Assembly: GCA_964418575.1 (NCBI GenBank)
Contig: CAYQMI010000004.1
Span: forward strand, 1-60,752
Direction: 5' to 3'
Length of the DNA: 60,752 nt
From: an uncultured Glaciecola sp.
GTDB lineage: Bacteria; Pseudomonadota; Gammaproteobacteria; Enterobacterales; Alteromonadaceae
Below, one piece after another: positions 31,539 to 41,963 of this stretch. How positions within the stretch are numbered: position 1 is the stretch's first letter; each line of letters starts with the position of its first letter. A program made the position numbers and the translations under genes. The notes beneath the pieces are model-generated. The model had not been told where the DNA came from. It saw nothing but the letters and a program-made list of their open reading frames with translations, and did not search any database.

Positions 31539-32584
31539 AAAAACTCCTGAAAAAAGGCTGAGATACGCTGTGGTAGCCATAATGTTGGTTGCAAAGGGCT
31601 ACCTGCCATAAAGCCAACGTGTCCACCGCATGTGCTTAGTTCATAAGCAATATCTTTAGACAACTGCTTTTGCTTGGGGATCACGCGCTCGTCCATAAAC
31701 GGGTCGTCAGCCGCATGCAGTATCAATGTGGGAGTATTGATACTGGGTAAAAACTGCATGGCGCTGGATTTTGCATAATAGTCGTTCGCATCTTTAAAAC
31801 CGTGCAGCCTTGATGTGACGTATTCATCAAATAGGCGAAATGAATTAAGCTGCCTTACATCATTTGCACTGAGCTGAATGTACGGGCGTAAATCCATCTT
31901 TGCCATTTTTTGAATCAAGTTGTTTTGCATCGTTGCCAATAAATGAGACTGGTAACGCTTGGCAAAACCAATATTAATCGCCTGTGATGACGCCGACAAA
32001 TCAATAGGTGCCGATACGCTTACCGCCGCCGTGATGCCGCTATGAGTTTCTTCACCTAAAAGTTTCAAGAGCATGTTGCCGCCCAGTGAAAAGCCCACTG
32101 CAAAAAAAGGGGGCGGCGTATCACCGCTTAGGTACTCGCGTTTTATCCAGTCGATGCAATACTTAGCATCGCTAGTTTCACCCGAATGATAAGCTCTTGC
32201 AGTACGATTTATCTCGCCGCTACAGCCCCTAAAATGCATGAGGACTGTAGCGATATCTTGCTTTAACAGCGTGCCAGCAAGATGCCTTATATAATGACTA
32301 TTTTGCGAGCCCTCTAGCCCATGAAATAGCACTGCAATGGCCTTTACCTGACGCTCTTTTGGCGGAAACAACAAAGCCAAATCCAAAAAGTCATTGTCTG
32401 GTGTGTCTAATCTAACGCGTTTAAAGGGGAGTTCACCGTCTATTAGAAGCTCTCGATGAATGGCTTCTTTGCGCATAAAAAATTTAGGATAAATAGTTTG
32501 CACATGCGCGTTTCGAGCCCACCGAGGCGCATTAAATTGAGATTCTGAAATACGGCCGTACGCAGGCTTAAAAACTGCATTCAT
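31535..32584 (-). CDS. yheT: Alpha/beta hydrolase
   Basis: HVQTI, FHGLEGS, GFSLGG, DDPF, GGHVGF. Confidence 0.92.
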   Translation of the reverse strand: MNAVFKPAYGRISESQFNAPRWARNAHVQTIYPKFFMRKEAIHRELLIDGELPFKRVRLDTPDNDFLDLALLFPPKERQVKAIAVLFHGLEGSQNSHYIRHLAGTLLKQDIATVLMHFRGCSGEINRTARAYHSGETSDAKYCIDWIKREYLSGDTPPPFFAVGFSLGGNMLLKLLGEETHSGITAAVSVSAPIDLSASSQAINIGFAKRYQSHLLATMQNNLIQKMAKMDLRPYIQLSANDVRQLNSFRLFDEYVTSRLHGFKDANDYYAKSSAMQFLPSINTPTLILHAADDPFMDERVIPKQKQLSKDIAYELSTCGGHVGFMAGSPLQPTLWLPQRISAFFQEFL

Positions 32585-32620
32585 AGTCGAAATATTCTTA
32601 GTAATAGTACAAAGATAAAA

Positions 32621-33130
32621 CTAAACATGGACACCCAAAACAGAAATTGCCTGCAAAATTTCATCTGATAAGGTTTGCGTACCACGTGGACGCGAAAACT
32701 CAGAGCGCGCTGGTCTTAAGCGGGTAAGCTGTCGTAGGCACAGCGCAGCAAGTTGGTCTCTTAGCACGCTAGTATTGGGTATATGTTGGAAAACTAAGCC
32801 ATTTGAATATTCCACAATAATGGCTTGCTGTGCTTTCTCCATCGTTAATTCTTCGCTCAACGCCTTCTCATAAAGCGACTCATCTATTTTTTTTAAACCA
32901 CGTCTTTTGCGCCGGTGGTGCTTAAGTTTTTTTTCAGATTCGGCTATTGCCTGCTCTACCTCGCTAAAATCGTCATAGCGATACATCAAGCCATGCTTAC
33001 ATAGGTACATCATCGCCAAAATTAAGTTAACGTTTAACTGCATCTTATCTTGCAAGTCTAGGCATGCCTGCTTTACGCCCTCTTGCTGATAAACATCAAG
33101 TGCATAGTGCCAAAATTCATCGGCCTGCAT
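32621..33130 (-). CDS. TIGR02444-family protein
   Basis: FW.YAL.VY....VKQACL.LQD...LNVN; lies between yheS and yheT. Confidence 0.85.
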   Translation of the reverse strand: MQADEFWHYALDVYQQEGVKQACLDLQDKMQLNVNLILAMMYLCKHGLMYRYDDFSEVEQAIAESEKKLKHHRRKRRGLKKIDESLYEKALSEELTMEKAQQAIIVEYSNGLVFQHIPNTSVLRDQLAALCLRQLTRLRPARSEFSRPRGTQTLSDEILQAISVLGVHV

Positions 33131-33131
33131 C

Positions 33132-35138
33132 TTAAACACGCTGATATCCCTCCAGCGTTTCGTCAAAAGCAAGCTTTGCCTGCTCCAGTGATTCTTGAGC
33201 ATCTAGCCATAAAAGTTCGGCCTCTTCCAAATCGCCGAGCACTTTTGCTTGCTCGCTAATGAGCGATGTTAATTGGTCTTTATTTTGCGCTTCGTAAAGT
33301 TGTGAATCGCTCATTAGTGTTTCGATTTCGGCTTTTTGCTCTGATAGCTTAGTCATGCGCAACTCTTGTTTTTTTACCGCTTCAGTGAGTGGTTTGGTTT
33401 GCTGTCTGAACTGCGCTTCTAGGCGTTTGAGTTCTTTGCGGTCTATCGATGAAGTGGCTTTTGCCGGTCCGCCTTGTGGATAAGTGGCGTTTGGGTGTCC
33501 TCTGCTTTGTCCTCTGCTTTGCCCTCTATTTTGTTCGGGGCTTTGCTGTACGTTTTGTGCATTCGCTTTACTCGTTGTGAGCATCCACTTTCGATAGTCA
33601 TCTAAGTCCCCACTAAAGCTACTGACCTGACCTGCGTCTACCAAGTAAAAATCGTCACACACTGAGCTCAATAAATGGCGGTCGTGCGATACCAGCACAA
33701 TAGCTCCTTCAAAGCTTTGCAGGGCAAAATTAAGCGCGGCTCGCATTTCAATATCAAGATGGTTAGTCGGTTCATCTAGCAGTAGTAGGTTAGGTTTTTG
33801 AAAGACTAAAATCGCTAACACCAAGCGCGCTTTCTCTCCTCCCGACATCGGACCAACTTTCGACATCGCTTCATCGCCGTGAAAACCAAAACCGCCTAAA
33901 TAATCACGTACGGCCTGCTCAGTCATACTAAGATCCATTTGCTGAATATGATCAAAAGCAGAGTTTTGCATCTCGAGCGCTTCCACTTGATGCTGCGCAA
34001 AGTAGCCAATATGCAGGCCGGCTGAGCTTAAATACTCCCCTGATAGCGCTTTCATTTTGCCCGACATTAGCTTAATAAGGGTTGATTTACCTGCACCGTT
34101 TTTACCTAACAAACCAATGCGGCTGCCTGGTACTAAGTTCAAATGCACTTTATTCAGGATAATAACATCGCCATACCCTACCTGAACGTTTTCCATTTTA
34201 ATCAGTGGGTTCGGTAGTTTATCGGGCGCTTTGAATTCAAACGAAAAGCCACTGCTTTGATGCACCGGCAGCACTTCTTCCATTTTTTCTAATTGCTTTA
34301 CGCGGCTTTGTGCTTGCTTGGCTTTACTTGCTTTAGCCTTAAAGCGCGTAATAAACGACATCAGGTGCTCGCGCTTTTTCTGCTGTTTTTCAGCTTCACT
34401 GGCAGCAAGTTTTATGCGCATTGCTTTTTGCTTCTCGTAGCTCGAATAACCGCCGGTATAACTCATCAAACTTTGATTCTCAAAACTCACAATTTGATTA
34501 GCACAATTATCAATAAAGGCTTTGTCGTGAGAAATCAGCAATAAAGTTCCTGAATACTGCGAGAGCCAGTTTTCCAGCCAAATTACCGCATCCAAATCTA
34601 GGTGGTTAGTTGGCTCATCGAGTAACAGTAAATCAGATGGGCACAACAGGGCACGCGCGAGGTTCAAGCGCATTTGCCAGCCACCAGAGAATGAAGCTAA
34701 AGCGTGACTGAGTTTATCTTCGGTAAAGCCTAAACCGGCTAAAATAGTTGCTGCTCGCGCTTCAATGTCATAAGCACCGGCTTGGGCCAGTTTGTCGTGA
34801 AGGATCGCGATTTGATTGCCGTCTTCGTTTTGTTCGGCTTGCTGAAGCTGCTCGCGCAAATGGGCTAGTTGGGTGTCCCCGGCCACCACATATTTCAATG
34901 CATTACTGGTGTTATCTTCAATGGTTTGTGCCACTGAAATAACTTGCCAGTCTTTGGGTAAATAGTATTCGCCAGCGTCTGGCGAAAGCTGTCCTAAGAG
35001 CATCGCGAAAAGGCTCGACTTACCGCAGCCGTTGCGCCCAATGATTGCCACTTTTTGACCCGCAAAAATATCGAGCGATACGTTTTCAATAAGCGGTTTA
35101 ACGCCGCGATGTAAGGATAAACCCTGTAGTTTGATCAT
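33132..35138 (-). CDS. yheS: ABC-F family ATPase
   Basis: Two ABC domains (GRNGCGKS, FSGGW, DEPTNHLD twice), C-terminal coiled coil; ATG 35138. Confidence 0.93.
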   Translation of the reverse strand: MIKLQGLSLHRGVKPLIENVSLDIFAGQKVAIIGRNGCGKSSLFAMLLGQLSPDAGEYYLPKDWQVISVAQTIEDNTSNALKYVVAGDTQLAHLREQLQQAEQNEDGNQIAILHDKLAQAGAYDIEARAATILAGLGFTEDKLSHALASFSGGWQMRLNLARALLCPSDLLLLDEPTNHLDLDAVIWLENWLSQYSGTLLLISHDKAFIDNCANQIVSFENQSLMSYTGGYSSYEKQKAMRIKLAASEAEKQQKKREHLMSFITRFKAKASKAKQAQSRVKQLEKMEEVLPVHQSSGFSFEFKAPDKLPNPLIKMENVQVGYGDVIILNKVHLNLVPGSRIGLLGKNGAGKSTLIKLMSGKMKALSGEYLSSAGLHIGYFAQHQVEALEMQNSAFDHIQQMDLSMTEQAVRDYLGGFGFHGDEAMSKVGPMSGGEKARLVLAILVFQKPNLLLLDEPTNHLDIEMRAALNFALQSFEGAIVLVSHDRHLLSSVCDDFYLVDAGQVSSFSGDLDDYRKWMLTTSKANAQNVQQSPEQNRGQSRGQSRGHPNATYPQGGPAKATSSIDRKELKRLEAQFRQQTKPLTEAVKKQELRMTKLSEQKAEIETLMSDSQLYEAQNKDQLTSLISEQAKVLGDLEEAELLWLDAQESLEQAKLAFDETLEGYQRV
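33499..33534 (+). repeat. Three 12-bp tandem units inside yheS (Q[N/S]RG x3)
   Basis: cctctgctttgt cctctgctttgc cctctattttgt, overlapping the motif at 33493. Confidence 0.85.
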
Positions 35139-35245
35139 AAATACTTGTTGAGCAAAATTTGGCGCCAAGAATAGCAAACTCACGCGCATTGATCATTAAT
35201 CTAGATAGCCATGTATAATCAAACAAATGCTTTAACTAAATAATT

Positions 35246-35449
35246 ATGACCAAACGCAACAAAAAACGATTCATCGCGGGAGCTACCTGCCCATCTTGTA
35301 AGCAGCAAGACACCTTAATGTTGTATTTTGAAAACAACGTTGAAAAGCTTGCATGTGTGAAGTGTGACTACACCGAAACCCAAACCGACGAAAAAGTCGC
35401 CGCCGCGAGCAAGACTAACTCTGGTGTTATTGGCGTATTCAAACCTTAG
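35246..35449 (+). CDS. yheV: YheV putative metal-binding protein
   Basis: KRFIAGATCPSC...CVKC...IGVFKP. Confidence 0.9.
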   Translation: MTKRNKKRFIAGATCPSCKQQDTLMLYFENNVEKLACVKCDYTETQTDEKVAAASKTNSGVIGVFKP

Positions 35450-35499
35450 CCACGCTCTTTGAGCAACACATCATTAGTCGCTAACCTTGCACAAATAGC

Positions 35500-35739
35500 T
35501 TAATAGTGAGGTGGCAGCTCCACCCCGTCATTGATATTGTTCTCTTGGCTTTGCAAAGACTTAAGTTTATCCACCATACTGCGAGTTAGCTTTTCGAGCT
35601 GTTGTATTTGCCCCTGCTGAGCCGTTACGATTTTATTTAACTGCTCGATGGTATCCTCTTGATAAGCTAATTTAACCTGTAAGGTTTCAATATCACTGCG
35701 CATTTGCGCCTCGTCAGTACTCACCGTCTTTTCACTCAA
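35500..35739 (-). CDS. slyX: SlyX family protein
   Basis: KLAYQEDTIEQLN, C-terminal PPHY. Confidence 0.93.
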   Translation of the reverse strand: MSEKTVSTDEAQMRSDIETLQVKLAYQEDTIEQLNKIVTAQQGQIQQLEKLTRSMVDKLKSLQSQENNINDGVELPPHY

Positions 35740-36712
35740 TGTCTTTACTCCAAAATGCTAAGTTACCACTGCTAGCAATCGAAACTGCCTGATTGTCGAT
35801 AAAGCCAACCGCGTATACCACAGCCGACTGCGGCGCAGGACCATCGCTTGGCGCCACGCGCCACTGTTTAAGGTTTTTCCCGCTTTGCACATCCCAAAGC
35901 ATCAATCTTTTTGATGGTGAACCAGTAAGCAAGTACTTACCATCTTCAGAGAAATCTGCACTTGTAAAAATGATTTGTCGTTCAATAAACTGCAGTTTGC
36001 TAATTGCTTTTCCGCTTTGAATATCCCAAATTTGCGCGTCGTTTTGGCCATCGGCAGTAAAGGCAAAGCGCGCTTGTTGGTCTAGTTTTACTCGAGTAAC
36101 GCGGTTTGGGTGTGCAAAAGCGTGGATCACTTGCCCCGTTTCAGTGCTCCATAAATAAGCATAGTAGTCGTTGCCGCCGCTAAGCGCATATTTGCCATTT
36201 GCCGATAAATCGATAGCGTTTACTTTATTATCGCCATGCCCTAAAAACTCCAATCGGCGCTCTGTATTTGGTTCAAAAAACATCACACTACCGTTTGCTC
36301 TTGCCACTAAAATACCATTGGCTTGGTCATTCACAGCAACATCTTGAATAGTAGATTGGTCAATGCGCCAAAAGCCGAGTGGCTCTCCAGATGCCACGCT
36401 CCACACGGCAAAAGCATCGCTATCTGAGCTAATAACAAACTCATCGTTGGGCGAGAATCTAACATTATCGACTAAATTACGCTCGTCACCTTGATGACGC
36501 CACGTATACATAGTTTGCTGCTTGCTGATGGAATACACTTCAATGGCACCGCTAACTTGGGACACTACTGCGTAATTTCCGCTGGCACTAATATCAGCCG
36601 CATAGACTCCCGATTCAGATAAGTTAACTCTGCTTAGCGGGGTGGATTCTGGTACACTGCAGGCTTGCAAAAATAGTGTAAAAACAAGCGTCAGCATCAT
36701 TTGTATTTTCAT
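35732..36712 (-). CDS. WD40-repeat lipoprotein
   Basis: LQAC lipobox, repeated WD-type blades. Confidence 0.88.
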   Translation of the reverse strand: MKIQMMLTLVFTLFLQACSVPESTPLSRVNLSESGVYAADISASGNYAVVSQVSGAIEVYSISKQQTMYTWRHQGDERNLVDNVRFSPNDEFVISSDSDAFAVWSVASGEPLGFWRIDQSTIQDVAVNDQANGILVARANGSVMFFEPNTERRLEFLGHGDNKVNAIDLSANGKYALSGGNDYYAYLWSTETGQVIHAFAHPNRVTRVKLDQQARFAFTADGQNDAQIWDIQSGKAISKLQFIERQIIFTSADFSEDGKYLLTGSPSKRLMLWDVQSGKNLKQWRVAPSDGPAPQSAVVYAVGFIDNQAVSIASSGNLAFWSKDIE

Positions 36713-36829
36713 AATGTCATTAATCTTAATTTGATGGCTTTACTTTTAGCGCAAGGCATTTACCATGTAGGGCATTATACCAAAGTACGTATCCTACAGT
36801 AGCATTTATAATTGAATTATTAAGCGGAG

Positions 36830-37597
36830 ATGAATATGAAAAAGGCTTATTTAGCCACAGCAATTTTGTCAGTCTTTATGTTGAGCGCATGCGGCACAGA
36901 CAATACTAAAGACGAAGCAGAATCTGCAGACACCAGCATAGTGCTTGAAACCGACGCGCAAAAGCAATCATATGCGTTAGGTGCAAGCATGGGTATGTTT
37001 GTGAATCAACGTTTTGAACAGCAAGCTGCACTTGACCTTCCTGTTGACCAAGACGCTCTTCGTGCAGGATTTGAAGATGCTTTAAACAACACACCGCAAT
37101 TATCGATGGAAGAAGTGCAGATGTTTACCCAAGCATCTGATCAAGCGCTTCGCGCAGCACAAACTGCAAAAATGGAAGAAGAGTCAGCAGCAGCCATCGA
37201 AGCTGGTTTAGCCTATCTTGCTGAAAACGCGCAAAAAGAAGGTGTTACCGTTACCGAAAGTGGTTTGCAATACGAAGTGATTGAAGCGGGCGAAGGCGCA
37301 AGCCCTCAAGCAACAGACACTGTAACAGTGCATTACAAAGGCACCTTGATTGACGGCACTGAGTTTGATTCATCATATGGTCGTGGTGAGCCAACGTCTT
37401 TCCCCCTTAACCGCGTGATCAGCGGTTGGACTGAAGGTTTACAGCTTATGCAAGAAGGCGCGAAATATCGTTTCGTTATACCATCTGAGCTAGCATATGG
37501 CGCTCGTGGTCAAGGTGCAATTACACCAAATTCAACTTTGATTTTTGAAGTAGAGTTGTTGGAAGTTGCTGGAGCAGAAGCAACTGCTACCGAGTAA
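36830..37597 (+). CDS. fkpA: FKBP-type peptidyl-prolyl isomerase (lipoprotein signal)
   Basis: [28 protein letters not shown]; synteny with slyX. Confidence 0.92.
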   Translation: MNMKKAYLATAILSVFMLSACGTDNTKDEAESADTSIVLETDAQKQSYALGASMGMFVNQRFEQQAALDLPVDQDALRAGFEDALNNTPQLSMEEVQMFTQASDQALRAAQTAKMEEESAAAIEAGLAYLAENAQKEGVTVTESGLQYEVIEAGEGASPQATDTVTVHYKGTLIDGTEFDSSYGRGEPTSFPLNRVISGWTEGLQLMQEGAKYRFVIPSELAYGARGQGAITPNSTLIFEVELLEVAGAEATATE

Positions 37598-37611
37598 GGG
37601 TTAATCAGAAT

Positions 37612-37652
37612 AAAAAAAGCGCCGACAATAAAACAATTGCGGCGCTTTTTTT
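37612..37652. terminator. Bidirectional intrinsic terminator
   Basis: A7-GCGCCG...CGGCGC-T7 between convergent genes. Confidence 0.8.
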
Positions 37653-37668
37653 GTGTATTCGCTAGGCT

Positions 37669-37896
37669 TTATCTATGACGGTTTGATTGCAATACCCAGC
37701 GCCCAGTAATAAACAGTACTACTGTTAACACTACCGCTAGGGGAAACCATCTATCGTAATGGCTGTTGATGATGGCAAGCCCAGTTAGCATCAAAGTTAA
37801 GACGCTTACTATAATACAGTTAATGCCAAAAAATACTTTCGCCAGCCTAAGCCACGATTGCCTTACGTTATTTGTCCTATTTTTCAAGGTGGACAT
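37669..37896 (-). CDS. Small two-TM hypothetical protein
   Basis: Two hydrophobic segments; AGGAGG RBS upstream. Confidence 0.7.
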   Translation of the reverse strand: MSTLKNRTNNVRQSWLRLAKVFFGINCIIVSVLTLMLTGLAIINSHYDRWFPLAVVLTVVLFITGRWVLQSNRHR

Positions 37897-38017
37897 AGAT
37901 GCCTCCTATACGGACGTGCTATTATAAAGTCGCAAGGGTCCGTACTCTTATAGACATTCAGCCGATTTGTTGGTTCCTTTTTTTGTTCATTTTTTAACCA
38001 TATTTTTAATCAATACA

Positions 38018-38491
38018 ATGCCAACACCACTTATCACTCCAAAAGGCTATGCCAAGCTTAAACAAGAACTCGATTTTTTGTGGCGAGAGGATCGCCCTGA
38101 AACTACCAAAAAGGTTACTTGGGCAGCAAGTCTTGGGGATCGCAGTGAAAATGCTGATTATCAGTACAATAAAAAGCGACTGCGGGAAATTGATCGCAGA
38201 GTTCGCTACTTGAGAAAGACGCTAGAGCGCGTAAAAGTGGTTGAGTATCATCCTTCACAACAGGGCAAGGTGTTCTTTGGCGCTACGGTTGAAATTGAGA
38301 ATGATGAAGGTCAGAAAAAACGCTTTCAAATTGTCGGCTACGACGAAATTTTTGGCAGAAAAGATGCCATCTCCATCGACTCCCCAATGGCCAGAGCCCT
38401 TATAAAAAAAGAAGTGGGAGACGAAGTTGAGGTGGTTACCGAGAGCGGTCGCTTTACTTGGTATGTAGAATCCATTGACTATAATACATAA
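38018..38491 (+). CDS. greB: Transcription elongation factor GreB
   Basis: WAASLGDRSENADY, ISIDSPMARAL; ATG 38018. Confidence 0.96.
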   Translation: MPTPLITPKGYAKLKQELDFLWREDRPETTKKVTWAASLGDRSENADYQYNKKRLREIDRRVRYLRKTLERVKVVEYHPSQQGKVFFGATVEIENDEGQKKRFQIVGYDEIFGRKDAISIDSPMARALIKKEVGDEVEVVTESGRFTWYVESIDYNT

Positions 38492-38595
38492 AAGTCGCAT
38501 AGCCCTTTTATGACAGCTATACTCCCACTACTGTGTGTAGGTATCTTAATTTCCAATTCATTTAAACACGCTTATTTAAGAGAAAATATTCATTC

Positions 38596-40926
38596 ATGAT
38601 TAATCAGATTATCGCGACAGAAATTGGCGCAAGCACGTCTCAAATTGCAGCCGCTATTCAATTGCTAGACGACGGAGCGACCGTCCCCTTTATTGCTCGC
38701 TACCGAAAAGAAGCCACCAATGGCTTAGATGATGCGCAGTTGCGCACACTGGAGCAGCGCCTAGGTTATTTGCGCGAATTAGAAGACCGTAGAAAAGTTA
38801 TTCTTAAATCCATAGAAGAGCAGGGTAAATTAGACGCGAACTTGCGCGAAAAAATTGAAAGCGCGCAAAGCAAAACGCTATTGGAAGACTTATATCTGCC
38901 ATACAAACCAAGACGCCGCACCAAGGGGCAAATTGCTATTGAGGCAGGCCTTGAGCCATTGGCTCAACAGCTTCTTGAAGATTCGCAAGCCGAACCAGAA
39001 TCATTAGCACTTGAATATGTAAATACAGAAAAGGGCGTTATTGATAGTAAAGCGGCCTTAGACGGTGCGAAATTTATTCTGATGGAACAATTCGCTGAAA
39101 ACGCAGATTTACTAAACGCGCTGCGTCAACAGCTACTAAAATCTGCTCACGTGACCAGCACACTAATTGACGGCATGAAAGATAAAGGCCAGAAATTTAG
39201 CGACTATTTTAGCTATTCAGAGAAATATACCACGGTGCCTTCGCACCGAGCTCTGGCGATATTTAGAGGGCGTAACGAAGCGGTGTTAATGGTAAATATC
39301 GACCCAGATCCAGCACTAGAAGGACTCTTGAAAAGCCAAGCTTATGAGCAAACCATTGCACAAGTGCTCAGCCTTAACCTTGGGAACTCTGCTCGCGACA
39401 AGTGGCTAAGCACGGTTGTGCAGTGGACGTGGAAGATTAAACTTAGCCTGCATCTGGAAACAGAGCTTTTCAGCGCGCTACGAGAAAAAGCAGAAAAAGA
39501 AGCGATTGATGTATTTGCTTCAAACCTTAAAGACCTGCTGATGGCTGCACCTGCTGGCCCCAAAGTCACCATGGGCCTCGATCCGGGTTTGCGCACAGGC
39601 GTAAAAGTCGCGATTGTTGATGCCACCGGCAAAGTCATTGCCACCACGACCATATTTCCGCATGCCCCGCAAAATCAGTGGGATAAGTCGAAGCGCACAT
39701 TAGCCACGCTTAGCAAGCAACATAAAGTCGATTTAATCAGCATAGGCAACGGTACAGGCTCACGTGAGACCGATAAGCTGATAATGGAAATGATGCAGGC
39801 AGAGCCTGAGCTTGGTTTGCAAAAAATTATGATTAGCGAAGCGGGCGCATCAGTTTATTCAGCTTCGGAACTCGCGTCTGCGGAGCTCCCCACTTTAGAT
39901 GTTTCTTTGCGCGGAGCGGTGTCTATTGCAAGACGCTTACAAGACCCACTTGCTGAGCTAGTTAAAATTGAACCCAAAGCTATTGGCGTAGGTCAATATC
40001 AACACGATGTTAATCAAAGCCAATTGGCTCAATCCCTTGATAACGTGATAAAAGACTGCGTGAATGCCGTGGGAGTCGATTTGAATACCGCTTCTCCAGC
40101 CTTGCTTGCAAATGTGTCGGGCTTAAACAAAACGTTGGCGAGCAATATTGTGCAGTTCAGAGATGCACACGGAAGCTTTAAAAATCGCAAGCGTTTATTA
40201 GAAGTTGAGCGCTTAGGACCAAAAGCCTTTGAGCAAGCCGCTGGATTTTTACGCGTAATGAATGGCGATAATCCATTGGATGCCAGCGCCGTTCACCCTG
40301 AGGCCTATCAAGTGGTAGATACCTTTGTTCAAAAATCGGGTATTGCTGTTAACGACATGATTGGCAATCAAGGCGTATTGAGTCAGTTGAATCCACAAGA
40401 CTTTGTTAGCGATAATTTCGGTTTGCCGACTATCCGAGACATCGTGCAAGAGCTCGAGAAACCGGGAAGAGATCCAAGACCTGAATTTAAAACGGCAACC
40501 TTTAAAGAGGGCGTTGCTGCTATCAGTGATCTTGAAGTCGGTATGGTATTAGAAGGCGTGATCAGCAACGTGGCGAACTTCGGTGCCTTTGTTGATATCG
40601 GCGTGCATCAAGACGGACTCGTGCATATTTCGGCTATTACCAACAAGTTTATTAAAGACCCAAGAGAAGTGGTGAAAACGGGCGAAGTAGTAAAAGTGAA
40701 GGTAATGGAAGTAGATGCTAAGCGTAAACGTATTAGTTTAAGCATGCGCTTAGATGATGAAGTAGGCACTTCACAGCAAAGTGCCAAACCAAATGCACCC
40801 GCCCGCAATAATAAAGGTGGAAAACCTGCGCCAAATGCTTCACGAAGCCCTAAATCAAACGCTCAACAAGGCAACGCGGCAATGGGCAATGCTTTTGCAG
40901 ACGCATTTGCGAAAGCGAAAAAGTAG
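38596..40926 (+). CDS. tex: Tex/YhgF transcriptional accessory protein with S1 domain
   Basis: [44 protein letters not shown]. Confidence 0.96.
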   Translation: MINQIIATEIGASTSQIAAAIQLLDDGATVPFIARYRKEATNGLDDAQLRTLEQRLGYLRELEDRRKVILKSIEEQGKLDANLREKIESAQSKTLLEDLYLPYKPRRRTKGQIAIEAGLEPLAQQLLEDSQAEPESLALEYVNTEKGVIDSKAALDGAKFILMEQFAENADLLNALRQQLLKSAHVTSTLIDGMKDKGQKFSDYFSYSEKYTTVPSHRALAIFRGRNEAVLMVNIDPDPALEGLLKSQAYEQTIAQVLSLNLGNSARDKWLSTVVQWTWKIKLSLHLETELFSALREKAEKEAIDVFASNLKDLLMAAPAGPKVTMGLDPGLRTGVKVAIVDATGKVIATTTIFPHAPQNQWDKSKRTLATLSKQHKVDLISIGNGTGSRETDKLIMEMMQAEPELGLQKIMISEAGASVYSASELASAELPTLDVSLRGAVSIARRLQDPLAELVKIEPKAIGVGQYQHDVNQSQLAQSLDNVIKDCVNAVGVDLNTASPALLANVSGLNKTLASNIVQFRDAHGSFKNRKRLLEVERLGPKAFEQAAGFLRVMNGDNPLDASAVHPEAYQVVDTFVQKSGIAVNDMIGNQGVLSQLNPQDFVSDNFGLPTIRDIVQELEKPGRDPRPEFKTATFKEGVAAISDLEVGMVLEGVISNVANFGAFVDIGVHQDGLVHISAITNKFIKDPREVVKTGEVVKVKVMEVDAKRKRISLSMRLDDEVGTSQQSAKPNAPARNNKGGKPAPNASRSPKSNAQQGNAAMGNAFADAFAKAKK

Positions 40927-40932
40927 CTAAGT

Positions 40933-41640
40933 CTATGCGATAGCCGAGAACGCCTTTGTTACTGGCGTGTCGGCTCGCGTGTATTGCGCTAATGCAGCGA
41001 AGTGATAGCTTTGCTGCCTATTTGACTCTGGCGAATCAGTATTCTTATTGTCTTCTTTTGAATCCCCTGATACAGAATCTTTAGCTACAGCAGCTCTCGC
41101 CGCTTGCTCTTTTTGAGATGCTTCAGCTGCTACTTTGTAATCTTGGGTAGATGGCTCTGCTGGCGCTAATGCTGCGGCACGCACAACCTGCATTTTTGAA
41201 ATGGTATCCTCAGGGTCCTTTTCTTCACTCACATCTATCGAAACCTCACCGCCAACGGCATAGCGATTACCGTCAGGACCTGTCTCAAATTCATAGGAAG
41301 GTGCACCAGCGTATTGCCCACCCACAGCTGCATGAGCCTGTTCATGGGTGCGTACTTCCTGGTCGCGATCTTTTAATTCCTGAATTTTTTCTTCGTCGGC
41401 TTTTTCTTCTGCTTCTACGCTTTTTTCTTGGTTTTTTTGTTTTTTAGCGATATCGGACAATGTGTCATAAGTAGAGGGTTTGTCTTTTGATTCTCCTAAA
41501 GAGACTGAATCGACAGTTTTTTCTTCTTTCGGCGATATTTTTTCCGAACTCAGTGACTTTGCTTCTGGCAACATGTTATTGGTATCTGAGCCAGATACTA
41601 TAGTAGGGAAGTTTGACATCACGGGGCTAAGTATTTGCAT
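40933..41640 (-). CDS. SprA-related / putative metalloprotease family protein
   Basis: [37 protein letters not shown]. Confidence 0.85.
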   Translation of the reverse strand: MQILSPVMSNFPTIVSGSDTNNMLPEAKSLSSEKISPKEEKTVDSVSLGESKDKPSTYDTLSDIAKKQKNQEKSVEAEEKADEEKIQELKDRDQEVRTHEQAHAAVGGQYAGAPSYEFETGPDGNRYAVGGEVSIDVSEEKDPEDTISKMQVVRAAALAPAEPSTQDYKVAAEASQKEQAARAAVAKDSVSGDSKEDNKNTDSPESNRQQSYHFAALAQYTRADTPVTKAFSAIA

Positions 41641-41658
41641 CTATCTTCACCGTAATTA

Positions 41659-41901
41659 CTAAACAAATATATCGATGATGGTGCCAAGCATGCCATCAGT
41701 ACGCTTGATAACTTCTGCAGACGCTTGAGCCTGCACAGATGATTGCAGCACCGTAACCGCCGCAGCGTTCATATCTATGTCCTGACGATTTGCTTGCGCA
41801 AACTGAGAAGAAGCCTCAGCCATCCCTTTCGACGCAGCCTGATAACTCTGCACCCCAGCAGCAAACGCACCACTCACATTGTTTGTCACATCAAAAGCCA
41901 T
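41659..41901 (-). CDS. Small hypothetical protein with flagellar rod C-terminus-like ending
   Basis: Ala-rich helix ending DGMLGTIIDIFV; ATG 41901. Confidence 0.7.
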   Translation of the reverse strand: MAFDVTNNVSGAFAAGVQSYQAASKGMAEASSQFAQANRQDIDMNAAAVTVLQSSVQAQASAEVIKRTDGMLGTIIDIFV

Positions 41902-41963
41902 TAACGGGGACACCCAAACAAATTTTAATCCTTAATGGGTTATCGGCCGCCATACTACAAACT

